Shown here: piece after piece, positions 1-14,510 of the stretch
Position numbering within the stretch: position 1 is the stretch's first letter
How the letters are laid out: each line of letters opens with the position of its first letter
Notes under the pieces: model-generated
Seen by the model: only the letters and a program-made list of their open reading frames with translations
The model's database searches: none
Told to the model about the DNA's origin: nothing
Translations under genes and position numbers: made by a program
NCBI GenBank assembly: GCA_964544675.1
Contig: CAZJCT010000003.1
Coordinates: forward strand, 6,203 to 70,202
Direction of reading: 5' to 3'
DNA from: an uncultured Sphingobium sp.
GTDB taxonomy: Bacteria; Pseudomonadota; Alphaproteobacteria; Sphingomonadales; Sphingomonadaceae
DNA: 64,000 bases

Positions 1-4127
<4,127 letters not shown>

Positions 4128-4131
<4 letters not shown>

Positions 4132-7100
4132 GCGCCCGTCCGACACGCCGTCTTCCCGGGCGAACCGCCGCATCCGCTATCGCCCTGATCGCGGCGGCGA
4201 TCGGCGCGGCGCCCGCCGTTCAGGCGCAGCCCGTCTCCATTCTCGACAGCTTCCGGGTCGGCGACGCCGGTGTGCTCTGCACGGCGCAGATCGCGCCCGC
4301 CGACCGGCGGCTGAACGGCCTGTTCGACCGCGCCTACCGGCTCGCCTGCCGTGACGCGGCCGGATCGGTCGGCTCGGTGATCGCGGTGCGCCGTTCGGTC
4401 GATCTGGCGGCTGCGGACATCGGCATGGGTGGCGCCGCACTCCAGTGCGCTGCGCCGACCGAGGTATCGCTCGACCATATCGGGCCGGTCTCCAGCCTCA
4501 CGTGCCGCGATGCCGGGCGACAAGTCGACTATCGCCGCTATCTCGTGACCCGGGGTGACACCAGCTATCTGGCCGAAGGATTGGCTGGATATGATCCCGC
4601 GCTTCGCCTGGCGCTGGCCAGCATCGTCACTGACAAGCGCCAGCCCGGCGAAGTGAAGGTCGCGTCGACTGAGATCACCGACTCGGTCGCGTTCGCACGG
4701 ATTCAGGCCGGCGAACTCGATCCCGCCGCCGCCCGCGCGGAGGCCTATGCGCGCAACAATGACGGCCGTTTCGCGGAAGCGTCGGCCTTTTTCGAGCAGC
4801 TTGCCGCTCGCACCGACAACCAGTCGAACGCCGCCGAACTGCTCGCCAACTCGGCGCTGCAACAGTCGAATCTCGGCAACTTCACTGCGGCTTACTCGCT
4901 GCTGCTCCAGGCGGAGAAGGTGACGCCGCAGCGTGACGGGGTGACGCGGCGGCTGGTGCGCAACTATCGCGCCATCAACCTTTTGAACCAGCGTTTCGCC
5001 GATGCCGCGATCGAGGTTCTGGATGCGCCCGCCAGGGATGCGGCGCTGGAATATGACGTGACCAGCGTCCGGCAGGGGCTCGTGTCGGAGCCGCTCGCCG
5101 AGCAGATCAACCGCGAGAATGAAGGGCTGGCGCGGCTCGGCGGCGTGCTGTCGGTGCTCAAGCCCTCGGAGCGCGAGGCGATCCTTGACGCGCAGGCGAG
5201 CCAGCTTCGCGGCCTGGCCTTGCTCCAGAAGGGGCAGCTCGACGCATCGGTCAAGGCGCTGTCCAAGGCGGACTCGATGCTTCAGGCGGTGCGCGGTGGG
5301 CGCGTGACGTCGGCCAACTGGCTGCGCTCGCAGATCGCCATCGACCGCGCTGCCATTGCGGAAGCGCAGGGCAATATGGAGGCGGCGGCCGGCCAATTCG
5401 GAACGGCGGTCGACATCCTCCAGAAGAGCTATCCGCAGACGCCGCTGCTGCTGGCGGCGATGGCGCGGCAGGCGGCGTTCCTTGGGCGGTCGGGCAAGCC
5501 GCAGGAGGCCATGGCGCTGTTCGCCAGCGTGGTCGAGGGAAGCGAACAGGTGCCCGACAGCTCCTCTGCGCTCCGCGACCTGCTCGGTCCCTATTACGCA
5601 CTGCTCGTCGACAGCGGCACGGCCGATGCGCCGGCGGCCCTGTTCCGCGCCGCCCAGTCGCTCCAGCGGCCCGGCCTGGCACGCACGCAGGCCGTGCTTG
5701 CCCGTGAACTGAGCGAAGGCGATGACGAGGCGTCGTCGCTGTTCCGCCTCTCCGTTGCGCGGCTGCGCGAGATCGGGCGGACCGATGTCGAGATCGCACA
5801 GCTCGGCGCGATCGACAGTCCGAGCGATGCCGACCGCGAGCGGCTCGCCGCCGCGCGCGAGACGCTGCAGGCGCTTCGCGCCGAGCAGACAGCGCTGACC
5901 GCGCGGCTGGCGCAATATCCCCGCTACAAGGTGCTGTCGCCGACGACCGTGTCCCTCGCGGAGCTGCAGGCGGCGCTCAAGCCCGGCGACGCCTATTACA
6001 AGCTGATGATCGTTGGGGACGAGGCGTTCGCGTTGCTGGCGGACCAGCAGGACGCGAAAATCTTCCGGGTTGCCGACAACCGCAAGCAGCTCGAGCAGAA
6101 GGTGGCGCAAATTCGCGACAGCATCGTCGTGATCGAGAATGGGGAGGTCCAGACCTATCCGTTCGATATCGCGCTGTCGCGCTCGCTCTACGCCTCGCTG
6201 TTCGAGCCGGTCGCCGACCGGATGACCGCCGTCAAACATCTCATTTTCGAGCCCGACGGCCCGCTGCTCCAGCTGCCGCCGGCCGTGCTCGTGATGGATG
6301 ACGAGAGCGTCGAGCGGTACAAGGCGCGCATCGCCAGGCCCAATGCCGACGAGTTCGACTTCACCGGGACGAACTGGCTCGGCCGCGATCGTATGACGTC
6401 GATCTCGGTCAGTCCTCGCGCGTTCCTCGACGTCCGGACGATCGCGCCGTCGCGCGCGAGCAAGGCCTATCTGGGCCTTGGCAGCAACGCCAAACCCGCC
6501 GCCATTCCCGCCTCGGCGCCCATGGACGATTGCAGCTGGCCGCTCGCGACCTGGCAGGACCCGATCGACCCGGGCGAGTTGAAGCTCGGTCAGTCGATCA
6601 TGGGCGCGTCGCGCAGCCAGATACTGACCGGCGAGGCGTTTACCGACACCGCGCTGCTCAAGAGCGACAGCCTCGACGATTACCGCATCCTCCATTTCGC
6701 CACGCACGGCCTCGTCACCGCGCCGCGTCCCGAGTGCCCCGCCCGGCCCGCACTGGTGACGTCGTTCGGCGAGGGTGATTCGGACGGGCTGCTCAGCTTC
6801 CGCGAAGTGTTCGACCTGCGGCTCGATGCCGATCTGGTGGTCCTGTCGGCCTGCGACACCGCAGGGATGGCGACCGCTGCGGCCTCGCGCGAGGCGGGCG
6901 TGCCGACCGGGGGCAATTACGCGCTCGACGGTCTGGTGCGTGCGTTCGTGGGCGCGGGCGCGCGTTCGGTGATCGCCAGCCACTGGCCGGTCCCTGACGA
7001 TTATGACGCGACCAAGACGCTGATCAGTGGTCTGTTCACCGCGAAGCAGGGGCAGAGCATCGGGCGGCTGCTCGATGATGCGAGCGTGAAGCTGATGAAC

Positions 7101-7232
7101 GGCAAAGAGACCTCGCACCCCTTCTACTGGGCGGCGTTCATCGTGCTGGGCGACGGGGACAAGCCGCTGTTGCGCGCCGGCCGCGCGGCCGGTGAGGACG
7201 GCAGCGGGCGACAGGTCGCTGCGGCGCGCTGA
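4128..7232 (+). CDS. Secreted TPR + CHAT (caspase-like) domain protein
   Basis: Signal-peptide-like N-terminus and helical repeats. CHAT motifs ILHFATHG, LVVLSACDT and HPFYWAAFIVLG. Confidence 0.9.
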
Positions 7233-7250
7233 TTCGCGCGCGAACGGCCG

Positions 7251-7628
7251 TCAGAGAAGGCCGGCGGCGCGGAAGCTGAACTGCGCGCCGTCGCCATGGA
7301 TTACGTGATCGTGGAGGCGCACGCCCAGCAGCCGGGCGGCCCGCCACAGGCGACGGGTGACCTCCACGTCGTTGCGGCTCGGCGTCGGGTCGCCCGACGG
7401 ATGGATGTGGGCCAGGAAGGCCGTGGTCGCGCGCGTCCGCGTCATCAGCAAAAATATTGCCCGCAGATCGAGCGACAGGCTGGATGCCGTGCCCTCCATC
7501 ACCATGGTTGCAAGGCAGGCGCCGCCCGCATCCCACAGGCTGAGATGCGCCTGTTCATGCCGCAAATGGTCGAACGGGGCCGCGCTCAGCGTCCACTCGT
7601 CGGCCATTCGGGCGCTTTGCGCTAGCAT
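7251..7628 (-). CDS. RadC-like JAB/JAMM domain protein
   Basis: AHIHPSGDPTPSRND and LGVRLHDHVI motifs. Confidence 0.8.
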   Translation of the reverse strand: MLAQSARMADEWTLSAAPFDHLRHEQAHLSLWDAGGACLATMVMEGTASSLSLDLRAIFLLMTRTRATTAFLAHIHPSGDPTPSRNDVEVTRRLWRAARLLGVRLHDHVIHGDGAQFSFRAAGLL

Positions 7629-7756
7629 CTGTCCAGATTGGCCGCCCGGTCGGCGCTTCGCCAGCAGAGTTCCCTCGCCTTCGGAGGGCCGCCTGATCCG
7701 TTTCGGATGAAAGGGACACTCTTCGCAGCCGCCCCGAGCCGCGATAGGAGGGAGGC

Positions 7757-8692
7757 ATGACGCACTATGAACAGCAGTATCTCGACCTCATGCAGCGAAT
7801 CTGGACGACAGGCGACGAGCGCATCGACCGGACCGGGGTCGGCACCCGGTCGATCTTCGGGGCGAGCATGCGCTTCTCGCTCGCTGACGATGCGGTACCG
7901 CTGCTGACCACCAAGCGCGTTTACTGGAAGGCAGCGGCGCGCGAGATGCTGTGGTTCCTGACCGGCGACACCAATATCCGCCCTCTGGTTTCACAAGGCG
8001 TGCATATCTGGACCGACTGGCCGCTCGACCGCTATCGGCGCGAAACGGGCGAGACGATCGACCGTGACGCGTTCGAGCGGCGCGTGATCGAGGATGACGC
8101 CTTCGCCAGGCGCTGGGGCGACCTCGGGCCGGTCTATGGGCGCCAGTGGACCGACTGGCCGCGCTACGAGCCTGTGGGGGAGAATGGGGGAGAGGCGCTG
8201 TTCCGGCGCGTGTCGCCCGGGCATAACCAGATCGCCGATCTCGTCCACGCGATCCGCACCAATCCGGGCTCGCGGCGGCTGCTGTTCACCGGCTGGAACG
8301 TCGATGAAATCGCGGGCATGGCGCTGCCGCCCTGCCACATGACCTATCAGTTCCACGTGGCCGACGGACGGCTGAGCGGCCTGCTGTTCCAGCGGAGCTG
8401 CGACGTGGCGCTGGGCCTGCCGTTCAATCTGTTCGGGCTGGCGATGATCACGCGCATGCTCGCGCAGCAATGCGACCTCGCGGCCGGCGAAATCGTGTGG
8501 CAGGGCGGCGACGTGCACCTCTACCTCAATCATGAGGAACTGGTGACGGAGCAGCTCGCACGAACGCCGTCAGGTGCGCCCCGGCTGCGTCTCAACCGCC
8601 GTCCCGACAGCATGTTCGATTATCGCATCGAGGACTTCGCGATCGACGACTACGCACCCCAAGCGCACATTCCCGCCCCGGTCGCGGTCTGA
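7757..8692 (+). CDS. thyA: Thymidylate synthase
   Basis: DRTGVGT, PLLTTKRV, MALPPCH and QRSCD motifs; C-terminal PVAV; GGAGG RBS. Confidence 0.97.
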   Translation: MTHYEQQYLDLMQRIWTTGDERIDRTGVGTRSIFGASMRFSLADDAVPLLTTKRVYWKAAAREMLWFLTGDTNIRPLVSQGVHIWTDWPLDRYRRETGETIDRDAFERRVIEDDAFARRWGDLGPVYGRQWTDWPRYEPVGENGGEALFRRVSPGHNQIADLVHAIRTNPGSRRLLFTGWNVDEIAGMALPPCHMTYQFHVADGRLSGLLFQRSCDVALGLPFNLFGLAMITRMLAQQCDLAAGEIVWQGGDVHLYLNHEELVTEQLARTPSGAPRLRLNRRPDSMFDYRIEDFAIDDYAPQAHIPAPVAV

Positions 8693-8763
8693 GGCGGCCG
8701 TCCGGGCGGCTTTCAGCCCTGTCATGCGCAATATCGCCGTCGGGTGACGGCGAGGGGGAAAAG

Positions 8764-8778
8764 TGGCTCCCTGAGTTG
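8764..8778. repeat. att core, left copy (TGGCTCCCTGAGTTG)
   Basis: Identical to 53645-53659, the 3' 15 nt of tRNA-Asn on the minus strand. Confidence 0.93.
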
Positions 8779-8841
8779 CAGCCGCTCGTCATGTCTAGTC
8801 CCCTGTATTAGCTCGTGTTTTCCTATTGGGGAGGGAGAAGC

Positions 8842-8861
8842 GTACCCCCAGATTTACCCCC
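8842..8861. promoter_or_regulatory. Putative integrase arm-type binding sites (left)
   Basis: GTACCCCCAGATTTACCCCC: TACCCCC repeated with a 12-bp period, matching 53511-53530. Confidence 0.7.
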
Positions 8862-8874
8862 GCCAAAAAGTTGT

Positions 8875-9141
8875 TCAGGCGAGGGCTTGGGCGCGATTCT
8901 CGACCCAGTTTTCAATTTCGCTGCGCTTCCAGCCGACGGCTCGGCCTCCGAGTCTGTACGGTCGCGGAAACTCGCCGGCGTTGATCTGGCGGTAAATCGT
9001 CGAGCGGCCGAGGCCGGTGACCGACCGAACATCTGTGAGGCGCAGATATGCGTCCCGCGTCAGCGAGTGGGTGCCGAAGTTCATGGCTGAAGTTCTCCGT
9101 TGATCGAAGGGTGAGGCATCCAGGTGCGAGGCGCGGGTCAT
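8875..9141 (-). CDS. AlpA-family regulator / recombination directionality factor (excisionase)
   Basis: YLRLTDVRSVTGLGRSTIYRQINAGEFPRPYRLGGRAVGW; adjacent to att. Confidence 0.9.
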   Translation of the reverse strand: MTRASHLDASPFDQRRTSAMNFGTHSLTRDAYLRLTDVRSVTGLGRSTIYRQINAGEFPRPYRLGGRAVGWKRSEIENWVENRAQALA

Positions 9142-9725
9142 CGGCCCAGCCCCCTGTCACGCGCGGCGTTCAGCCGAGCCATGGCAGCGTCGCTGCCGCC
9201 CTGGTCCGGATGTGCGGTGCGGGCCTTCGCGCGATAGGCCGCGTTGATCTGGTCGGGGTCAGCATCCGCGTGGATGCCAAGCACCTCCCACCATTGTTCG
9301 GGCGCGGGGAGCGCCTGGTAGCCGGCGAACGCCTGCGCTGCCGTTCCGACGCCCCACCGCTCCATGCCGCGCATGGCTTCGATATGCTTGGCGATCGCCA
9401 CGATATTGTCGGCAACCCGGTCCCACTTGTCGCAGGCGAGCGCGACGTCCTGTCCGAGCAAGCGGAAGTAGACTGCGGCGCCGGGATCGGTCGGCTCGCG
9501 CTGCCCCGATCGCGGTTGGCCATCCAGGCGCGTCTCGAGATTGCTTGAGAGCGTGACATAGCTCGCACGGAGCAGGTCGAGCTGTTCCTGGAGCCGCGTG
9601 CATGCCCCCGCGACCGTGACCTCGACCTTCCAACCCCGATTGTCCGTCGACTTGAACGTGGCGCTCTTTCGCGATTTCGCACGGGGCCACCCTGCAGGCC
9701 ATTGAAGCGGAAAGACATGTGTCAT
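9138..9725 (-). CDS. Phage protein with C-terminal DnaJ (J) domain
   Basis: Starts MTHVFPLQWPAGWPR; ends WWEVLGI...AYRAKARTAHPDQGG with the HPD motif; ATGA overlaps at both ends. Confidence 0.85.
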   Translation of the reverse strand: MTHVFPLQWPAGWPRAKSRKSATFKSTDNRGWKVEVTVAGACTRLQEQLDLLRASYVTLSSNLETRLDGQPRSGQREPTDPGAAVYFRLLGQDVALACDKWDRVADNIVAIAKHIEAMRGMERWGVGTAAQAFAGYQALPAPEQWWEVLGIHADADPDQINAAYRAKARTAHPDQGGSDAAMARLNAARDRGLGR

Positions 9726-10108
9726 GGAAAGGCCGCCCGCATCTTGGGCTGGTGCCTGCAACCGATGTCGCCGCGCACGCCGCACTTGAAGCAGGGCTCG
9801 CGATCGACGCGTTGCAGCTCGCCAGCATCGACCGGACGCGCACTGACGACGCGATGGGGCGACCGGCGCTCGCCTGCCTGGAAGTTGTTCGGCGGAGCAG
9901 GTGGAATCGGGTCGCCCGCCAGAAGTGCTGCCACGCGGGCGATCGTTCGCGGCTTGGGCGTGTTGTAGATCGGCGTTTACCTGAGCCATTTGCGCGGATC
10001 GGACGAGATCAGGCGCGCCAGCATGAAGGGGCGCACGCCCTGTTCGGCGGCGCGGCGCTCGATCGCAGCAACGAGGTCGGCGCCGGTGGGGTTGGGGGGG
10101 AGCGTCAT
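9722..10108 (-). pseudogene. Hypothetical phage gene with an internal TAA (9977-9979)
   Basis: ORFs 9977..10108 and 9722..9934 are in one frame (KWLR*TPIYNTPKPRTIARVAALLAG). ATGA overlaps mark both outer ends. Confidence 0.65.
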
Positions 10109-10308
10109 TGCGCCGCCTCCGTCATCCGTCGCGCGATCGCGAAGAGCACATGAGGCAGGTCGTCGGTGGTGAAGAGCACGTCGGCGCCGCCGTTCTGGTA
10201 TTGGGGGTTCCGGACCAGCAGGGTCAGCTTGACCCCCGGCTTCCACAGTTCCTCGATCGCATGGAGATGCGATTCGATGGTGGTCGCGACTTCGTCGAGG
10301 CGGCTCAC
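10105..10308 (-). CDS. Hypothetical phage protein
   Basis: GTG start overlaps the upstream stop; MSRLDEVATTIESHL... Confidence 0.6.
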   Translation of the reverse strand: MSRLDEVATTIESHLHAIEELWKPGVKLTLLVRNPQYQNGGADVLFTTDDLPHVLFAIARRMTEAAQ

Positions 10309-10643
10309 TGCACCGTCCTCCGCCGCGCGAGCTGCTCGTTGAACTCGTGCAGCGCCGACATCATGCGCATCTGCAGATCGGTGGTGCCGGTGAGCCATAT
10401 CCGTTCCTGCGTGGCGCCGGGGAACATCTGACCGAGCATTGCTATCGCCTTTGCACCGGCGATCGCCGCCAGTTCGAACGCCACCGACATCGCGTCCTGC
10501 CGCTGTGCGGCCTGATCGGTGGTCGGGAGCGCCACGACGTCGTCGAAGGCATTCATCAGCAGCTGATTCAGTTCGGTCTCGTAGCGCTTGCCGATCTCGA
10601 TCGCGGCGTCGGACATCGGGCGGTGGAGATGCTCGGTGCTCAT
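10305..10643 (-). CDS. Hypothetical phage protein
   Basis: Overlap-coupled ORF in the early operon with a GGAGG RBS. Confidence 0.65.
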   Translation of the reverse strand: MSTEHLHRPMSDAAIEIGKRYETELNQLLMNAFDDVVALPTTDQAAQRQDAMSVAFELAAIAGAKAIAMLGQMFPGATQERIWLTGTTDLQMRMMSALHEFNEQLARRRTVQ

Positions 10644-12769
10644 TGCGCGGCCTCCTCAAAAACGGCGGCCAACGATCCGGAGTCACGCGCCTCCGGATCG
10701 CCCGGCACCGCCGTCGACGACCGAAAGCGCAGGATCGGGTGGATCCAGTCGCGGACGCCCGCGAGGGTGCGGGCGATCGGGGCGGAGAGGTCGCGCGCCT
10801 TCATCTTTTCCCAGGCGCGGAAGACGGTGGCGGTGACGTGCGGGCGCACGAGCTCGAGGCGCTGAGCGCGCGGAAGCAGGTCGAGCAGCTCCTCGGTCGG
10901 TTCGCACCAACTGTGAAGCAACGCGGGGTCGGCCGCGCCCGCCCTGCTTGCGACGAAATCGTGGAGAGGGATGCGGTAGCCGTCCGCCTCGGCCGAACGC
11001 TCGAGCGCCAGGCCGGCGACAACCGCCGCGGCCTTGCGCTTCCAGAAGGCGTCCTCGTCGCACCAGGCGGCGAAGGCGGCGACGAGGTCCGCTTGCGCCA
11101 TCGCCGGGTGCGCCTTGAGCTCGTCGACGGCGGACTGCCAGATCCGGTGCGCCTCGGTGCGCTCGACATGCTCTGCCGCTTCCGGTGGCGGACCCCCCTG
11201 CCAGCTCAACGCGAGCCCCTTCATCCCCCGGTCCTGGGCGTAGCTGTCGCGCATCAGCGCATCACGGGCGAGGTTCCAGAGCAGATAATCCTGCGCTGTC
11301 TCGCCGCGCATGCCGTGGTCGGCATCGTTGACCAGCGCGGCGCGGAGCAGCTCGCGCCGGATGGAGCGCATGATCTCCAGCCCCGCCTGGCTGAGCCCCT
11401 GATCCTCCTTCACGACCGCAGCCGCCTGCTTCGCCGCCGGTGAATATTTGTCCTTCAGCGCGTCGCCGTCGCGGATCTGCGCGGTGCGATCGGCGGGGGT
11501 GTTGATCAGGGTCCGGTTCGCGCCTTCGAGTCCCTGCGCCGCGCGCATGGCCTTGCGGCTCGCCCACCAGAATCGGGTTTCCAGAAGCCCGTCTTCCTGG
11601 ATGATCAGCGTCGCGAACAGGTCGCCCGCGGGCAGCGTCAGCGCCTGTTCCGCCTCGAGGGCGGCGAATTCCAGCTCCAGCGGGACATAGACCGTGTCGA
11701 TCTCCGCGATCGCGGCCGCGCGTTCGGGCGTGTCGGGCTGGTCGAGCAGCTTGTCGGCGCGATGCTCGAGCTCGGCCATTTCATTGGCGATATACTCGAG
11801 ACGTTCGGCCTTGTCGGAAGGCAGCCCGCCCCATGCCGGGGTTATTTCCAGATCGTGCGCGGTGCCGCCGTAATTGCCGTCGCGGGGGTACTCCACCTCG
11901 AATCGCAGGTCGCGCGTGGGCTCGGTTCTGCGCAGCTGGGCGCGGAGGGTTTCGCGCGCGGCCTCGAGCTTCGCGTCGGCGAGCTGGACGAGAAGCCCTT
12001 CATCGACGACGCGGCCGCGATGCTCGGCGGCGTCGGCGAACAGGTCGAGCTCGTAGCGGCCGCCGGCATCGGCATAGGCCTTCTCGCTGACGAAGCGCAG
12101 CAGCCTTGCCTGCTCGCGATCGCCGATCTTCAGCAGGCGGCGGATCGCGCCGACGGAATAATCGGCCTTGCGATCGTAGGCGCTCCAGCCCTGGAAGATC
12201 GCGAAGGCGTGGAGCTGAAGCGCGTGGTCCTCGGTCGCGGCGAAGGCCATCGCCTGCGCCTCGCTGATCCGCTCCTCCTCGAGCGCCTGAAAGATGGTTG
12301 GTTCGAGATTGCCGAGGCGCGCCCATTGCGCGATCGCGCGCTGCGACTGGCCGGTGCCGTCGGCGATGTCCCTGATCGTGCGTCCCTTTGCCAGGGCGGA
12401 GGCGACGGCCGCGAAGCGCTCATAGGGCCGCAGATCGAGCCGGACGAGATTCTCCGCGAGCGAGATCTCGCGAAGCTCGCCCTCGGTAATTCCTTCGCGG
12501 ACGATGACCTCGATCGGCGTGTCGGCGGGCAATCGCCCCTGATCGACCAGCTGGCGGAAGGCGCGGTAGCGGCGGCCGCCGGCGAGCGCGCCCCAGATTT
12601 GTTTCTGGCGGCCCTTACGTGGCATGGGATGCACGACGAGCGGGTAGAGCTGGCCGCGGGTGAGGAGCGATTCGGCCATGCCGGCGACGGCGTTGGCGTC
12701 ATGATGGTTCGAGCGGACGTTGAACGGGGAAACGCATAGCTCGTCGACGGTGAGTGTTCTAAACGACAT
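10640..12769 (-). CDS. Large ParB/RepB/Spo0J-family protein
   Basis: SPFNVR, GQLYPLVV, AGGRRYRA and SLAENLVR motifs plus an HTH. GGAG RBS before ATG 12769; an in-frame ATG at 12949 is an alternative start. Confidence 0.88.
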   Translation of the reverse strand: MSFRTLTVDELCVSPFNVRSNHHDANAVAGMAESLLTRGQLYPLVVHPMPRKGRQKQIWGALAGGRRYRAFRQLVDQGRLPADTPIEVIVREGITEGELREISLAENLVRLDLRPYERFAAVASALAKGRTIRDIADGTGQSQRAIAQWARLGNLEPTIFQALEEERISEAQAMAFAATEDHALQLHAFAIFQGWSAYDRKADYSVGAIRRLLKIGDREQARLLRFVSEKAYADAGGRYELDLFADAAEHRGRVVDEGLLVQLADAKLEAARETLRAQLRRTEPTRDLRFEVEYPRDGNYGGTAHDLEITPAWGGLPSDKAERLEYIANEMAELEHRADKLLDQPDTPERAAAIAEIDTVYVPLELEFAALEAEQALTLPAGDLFATLIIQEDGLLETRFWWASRKAMRAAQGLEGANRTLINTPADRTAQIRDGDALKDKYSPAAKQAAAVVKEDQGLSQAGLEIMRSIRRELLRAALVNDADHGMRGETAQDYLLWNLARDALMRDSYAQDRGMKGLALSWQGGPPPEAAEHVERTEAHRIWQSAVDELKAHPAMAQADLVAAFAAWCDEDAFWKRKAAAVVAGLALERSAEADGYRIPLHDFVASRAGAADPALLHSWCEPTEELLDLLPRAQRLELVRPHVTATVFRAWEKMKARDLSAPIARTLAGVRDWIHPILRFRSSTAVPGDPEARDSGSLAAVFEEAAQ

Positions 12770-12945
12770 GGACGTTCTCCGGATGATGGAGGGCGCCCCC
12801 GCCGCCGAGTGAGGCGGTGGCGGGGGATCGGGACGCCGGCGGGTCCGGCGGACGATTTCGGGGAGCAGGATCTGTCGGCCTTCGCGCGGGAAGCGCGCGT
12901 CGAGTGCGCGGCAGTCGCCGCAGCGGCAGAAGGCGGCGCGGCCGG

Positions 12946-13161
12946 TCATTCCTTGATGCCCTGGAGCACGGCGAAAGCCTTGATCATGCGCACGACGTCG
13001 CCGCTGCCCATCGACACGATGCCTTCGGTGATCGCCGTTTCCATGAGCGCGATCGCCGGTTCGAAGAACCAGAAGTCCTCGCCGCGAAGTGACTTGTAAT
13101 GATCCTGCAGGCGGCGGACGCGGTTGATCTCTTCGGGCAGGGCCTGGGCGAGCGAACTCAT
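12946..13161 (-). CDS. Hypothetical phage protein
   Basis: MSSLAQALPEEINRVRRL...; ATGA overlaps. Confidence 0.65.
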   Translation of the reverse strand: MSSLAQALPEEINRVRRLQDHYKSLRGEDFWFFEPAIALMETAITEGIVSMGSGDVVRMIKAFAVLQGIKE

Positions 13162-13463
13162 GCCGCGATCTCCCGCTCCGCCAGTTGCTGGATGCGGAGG
13201 ATCTCGAGCGCCTCGTCCAGCGTCGCGATCTCGGCTTCGTGGCCTTCGACAAACCAGACGCGATCGACGGTGCCAGCCCTGGCGCCGTTGCGACGGCGGC
13301 GCTTCCAACTTGTGTCGCAGAAGACCAGGCCGATGGGCGCGCCGGTACGGCGATCGACGACCTTGCGGCTCATCTGGTGGCAGTCCTGCATCGCCACGTG
13401 GCACATCAGAACGGTGCCGGCGTGCTCCTTGATCCAGTCGTGCGTGATTGGCTCGCGGATCAT
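13158..13463 (-). CDS. Hypothetical phage protein
   Basis: MIREPITHDW...; ATGA overlaps. Confidence 0.6.
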   Translation of the reverse strand: MIREPITHDWIKEHAGTVLMCHVAMQDCHQMSRKVVDRRTGAPIGLVFCDTSWKRRRRNGARAGTVDRVWFVEGHEAEIATLDEALEILRIQQLAEREIAA

Positions 13464-13558
13464 CGGCGCGGCCTCCGCGACCGGCGACAGATCCACGTCA
13501 TCACCGCTGCGGTGAAGATCGCCCAAACGAGGAAGCCCCAGGTGGCCGGCGTCATCAT
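13460..13558 (-). CDS. 32-aa single-pass membrane peptide
   Basis: MMTPATWGFLVWAIFTAAVMTWICRRSRRPRR; fills the gap with ATGA overlaps on both sides. Confidence 0.55.
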   Translation of the reverse strand: MMTPATWGFLVWAIFTAAVMTWICRRSRRPRR

Positions 13559-13854
13559 GCCGCTCCCGTGCCGGGTTCAAGCTGCTCGACGATCGACAGC
13601 AGATCGCGGGCGAGGCCCTCGATCCCCTCGCGGCTCATCTGGACGACCAGCCTTTGCATGCTGGGCGCGTTGGGATTTCCGCCCTGAAGAAGCAGGATCG
13701 CGGGTCCGTCCAGCTCGATCGGCGCCCAGGCGATGCCGAGGCCGATCGTCACGGGTTCGAAGGCCAGGGCGCCGTCGATGAACGCGTCGGGCATCCATGC
13801 ATGGCGTTCGTCGATGACGAGCGGGAATGGCATGGGGGGCAGGCGCTCAGCCAT
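13555..13854 (-). CDS. Hypothetical phage protein
   Basis: [16 protein letters not shown]...; GAGG RBS. Confidence 0.6.
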   Translation of the reverse strand: MAERLPPMPFPLVIDERHAWMPDAFIDGALAFEPVTIGLGIAWAPIELDGPAILLLQGGNPNAPSMQRLVVQMSREGIEGLARDLLSIVEQLEPGTGAA

Positions 13855-14020
13855 GACGCACCTCGCGGATCGCGCTGAGCGTTGTGCAGAACATTGCGAA
13901 GGCAAAGATGTGGTCGTGGTTTGCCTGGGGCCAACCTAGAGCCTTGTTGAGGATCAGGTCAGCCAAAACAACGACTGCATAGGTCCCCAGGAATCTCAGG
14001 ATGTCGCGCCCGGCCATCAT
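13847..14020 (-). CDS. 57-aa putative membrane protein
   Basis: [30 protein letters not shown]...[19 protein letters not shown]; overlaps both neighbours. Confidence 0.55.
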   Translation of the reverse strand: MMAGRDILRFLGTYAVVVLADLILNKALGWPQANHDHIFAFAMFCTTLSAIREVRHG

Positions 14021-14259
14021 TCCATCCCCAGCGCGGCGAGGTAGGTCTGGAGGATTGCCTCCATCTCCTGACGATCGTGCGGCGGCAGTTTCCGCAGGGC
14101 CACGATCTGGCGCATTATCTTGGCGTCGTAGCCGGTCGCTTTCGCTTCCGAGTAGGCGTCCCTGATGTCGTCGCCGATGCCCTTCTTCTCCTCCTCGAGC
14201 CGCTCGATCCGCTCGATGAAGAGGCGCAGCTGGTCGGCCGCGATGTTGCCCTGGCTCAT
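14017..14259 (-). CDS. GapR/DUF2312 (UPF0335) family nucleoid-associated protein
   Basis: [51 protein letters not shown]. Confidence 0.92.
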   Translation of the reverse strand: MSQGNIAADQLRLFIERIERLEEEKKGIGDDIRDAYSEAKATGYDAKIMRQIVALRKLPPHDRQEMEAILQTYLAALGME

Positions 14260-14510
14260 AGTCCCACTCCGAAAATGCTGAGGATGCCGGGGCCGCCGAC
14301 GAACCAGTCGACGAGCTGTGCGGCGGCGAGGCCGAGCGCGAGGCCGGCGAAGGTGTGGCTGGCCCAGCGGTTGGCGGCGACGGCGCGGCGGATCAGGGAG
14401 GGCGAGATCCGCTGATTGCGGCATCGGCGGCAGCGGCAGCCAAGCGGGTGGATCGTGACGCGCGGGGGCGCGGCGTCGAGGGTCCGGGCGATCGGGCGGG
14501 CGCGCATCAT
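14256..14510 (-). CDS. Hypothetical protein (Cys motif + C-terminal TM helix)
   Basis: [10 protein letters not shown] and a hydrophobic C-terminus; overlap-coupled. Confidence 0.55.
   Translation of the reverse strand: MMRARPIARTLDAAPPRVTIHPLGCRCRRCRNQRISPSLIRRAVAANRWASHTFAGLALGLAAAQLVDWFVGGPGILSIFGVGL

Noticed and set aside
7251..8692. thyA and radC-like genes as prophage cargo
   Set aside because: Both lie outside the left att repeat at 8764.
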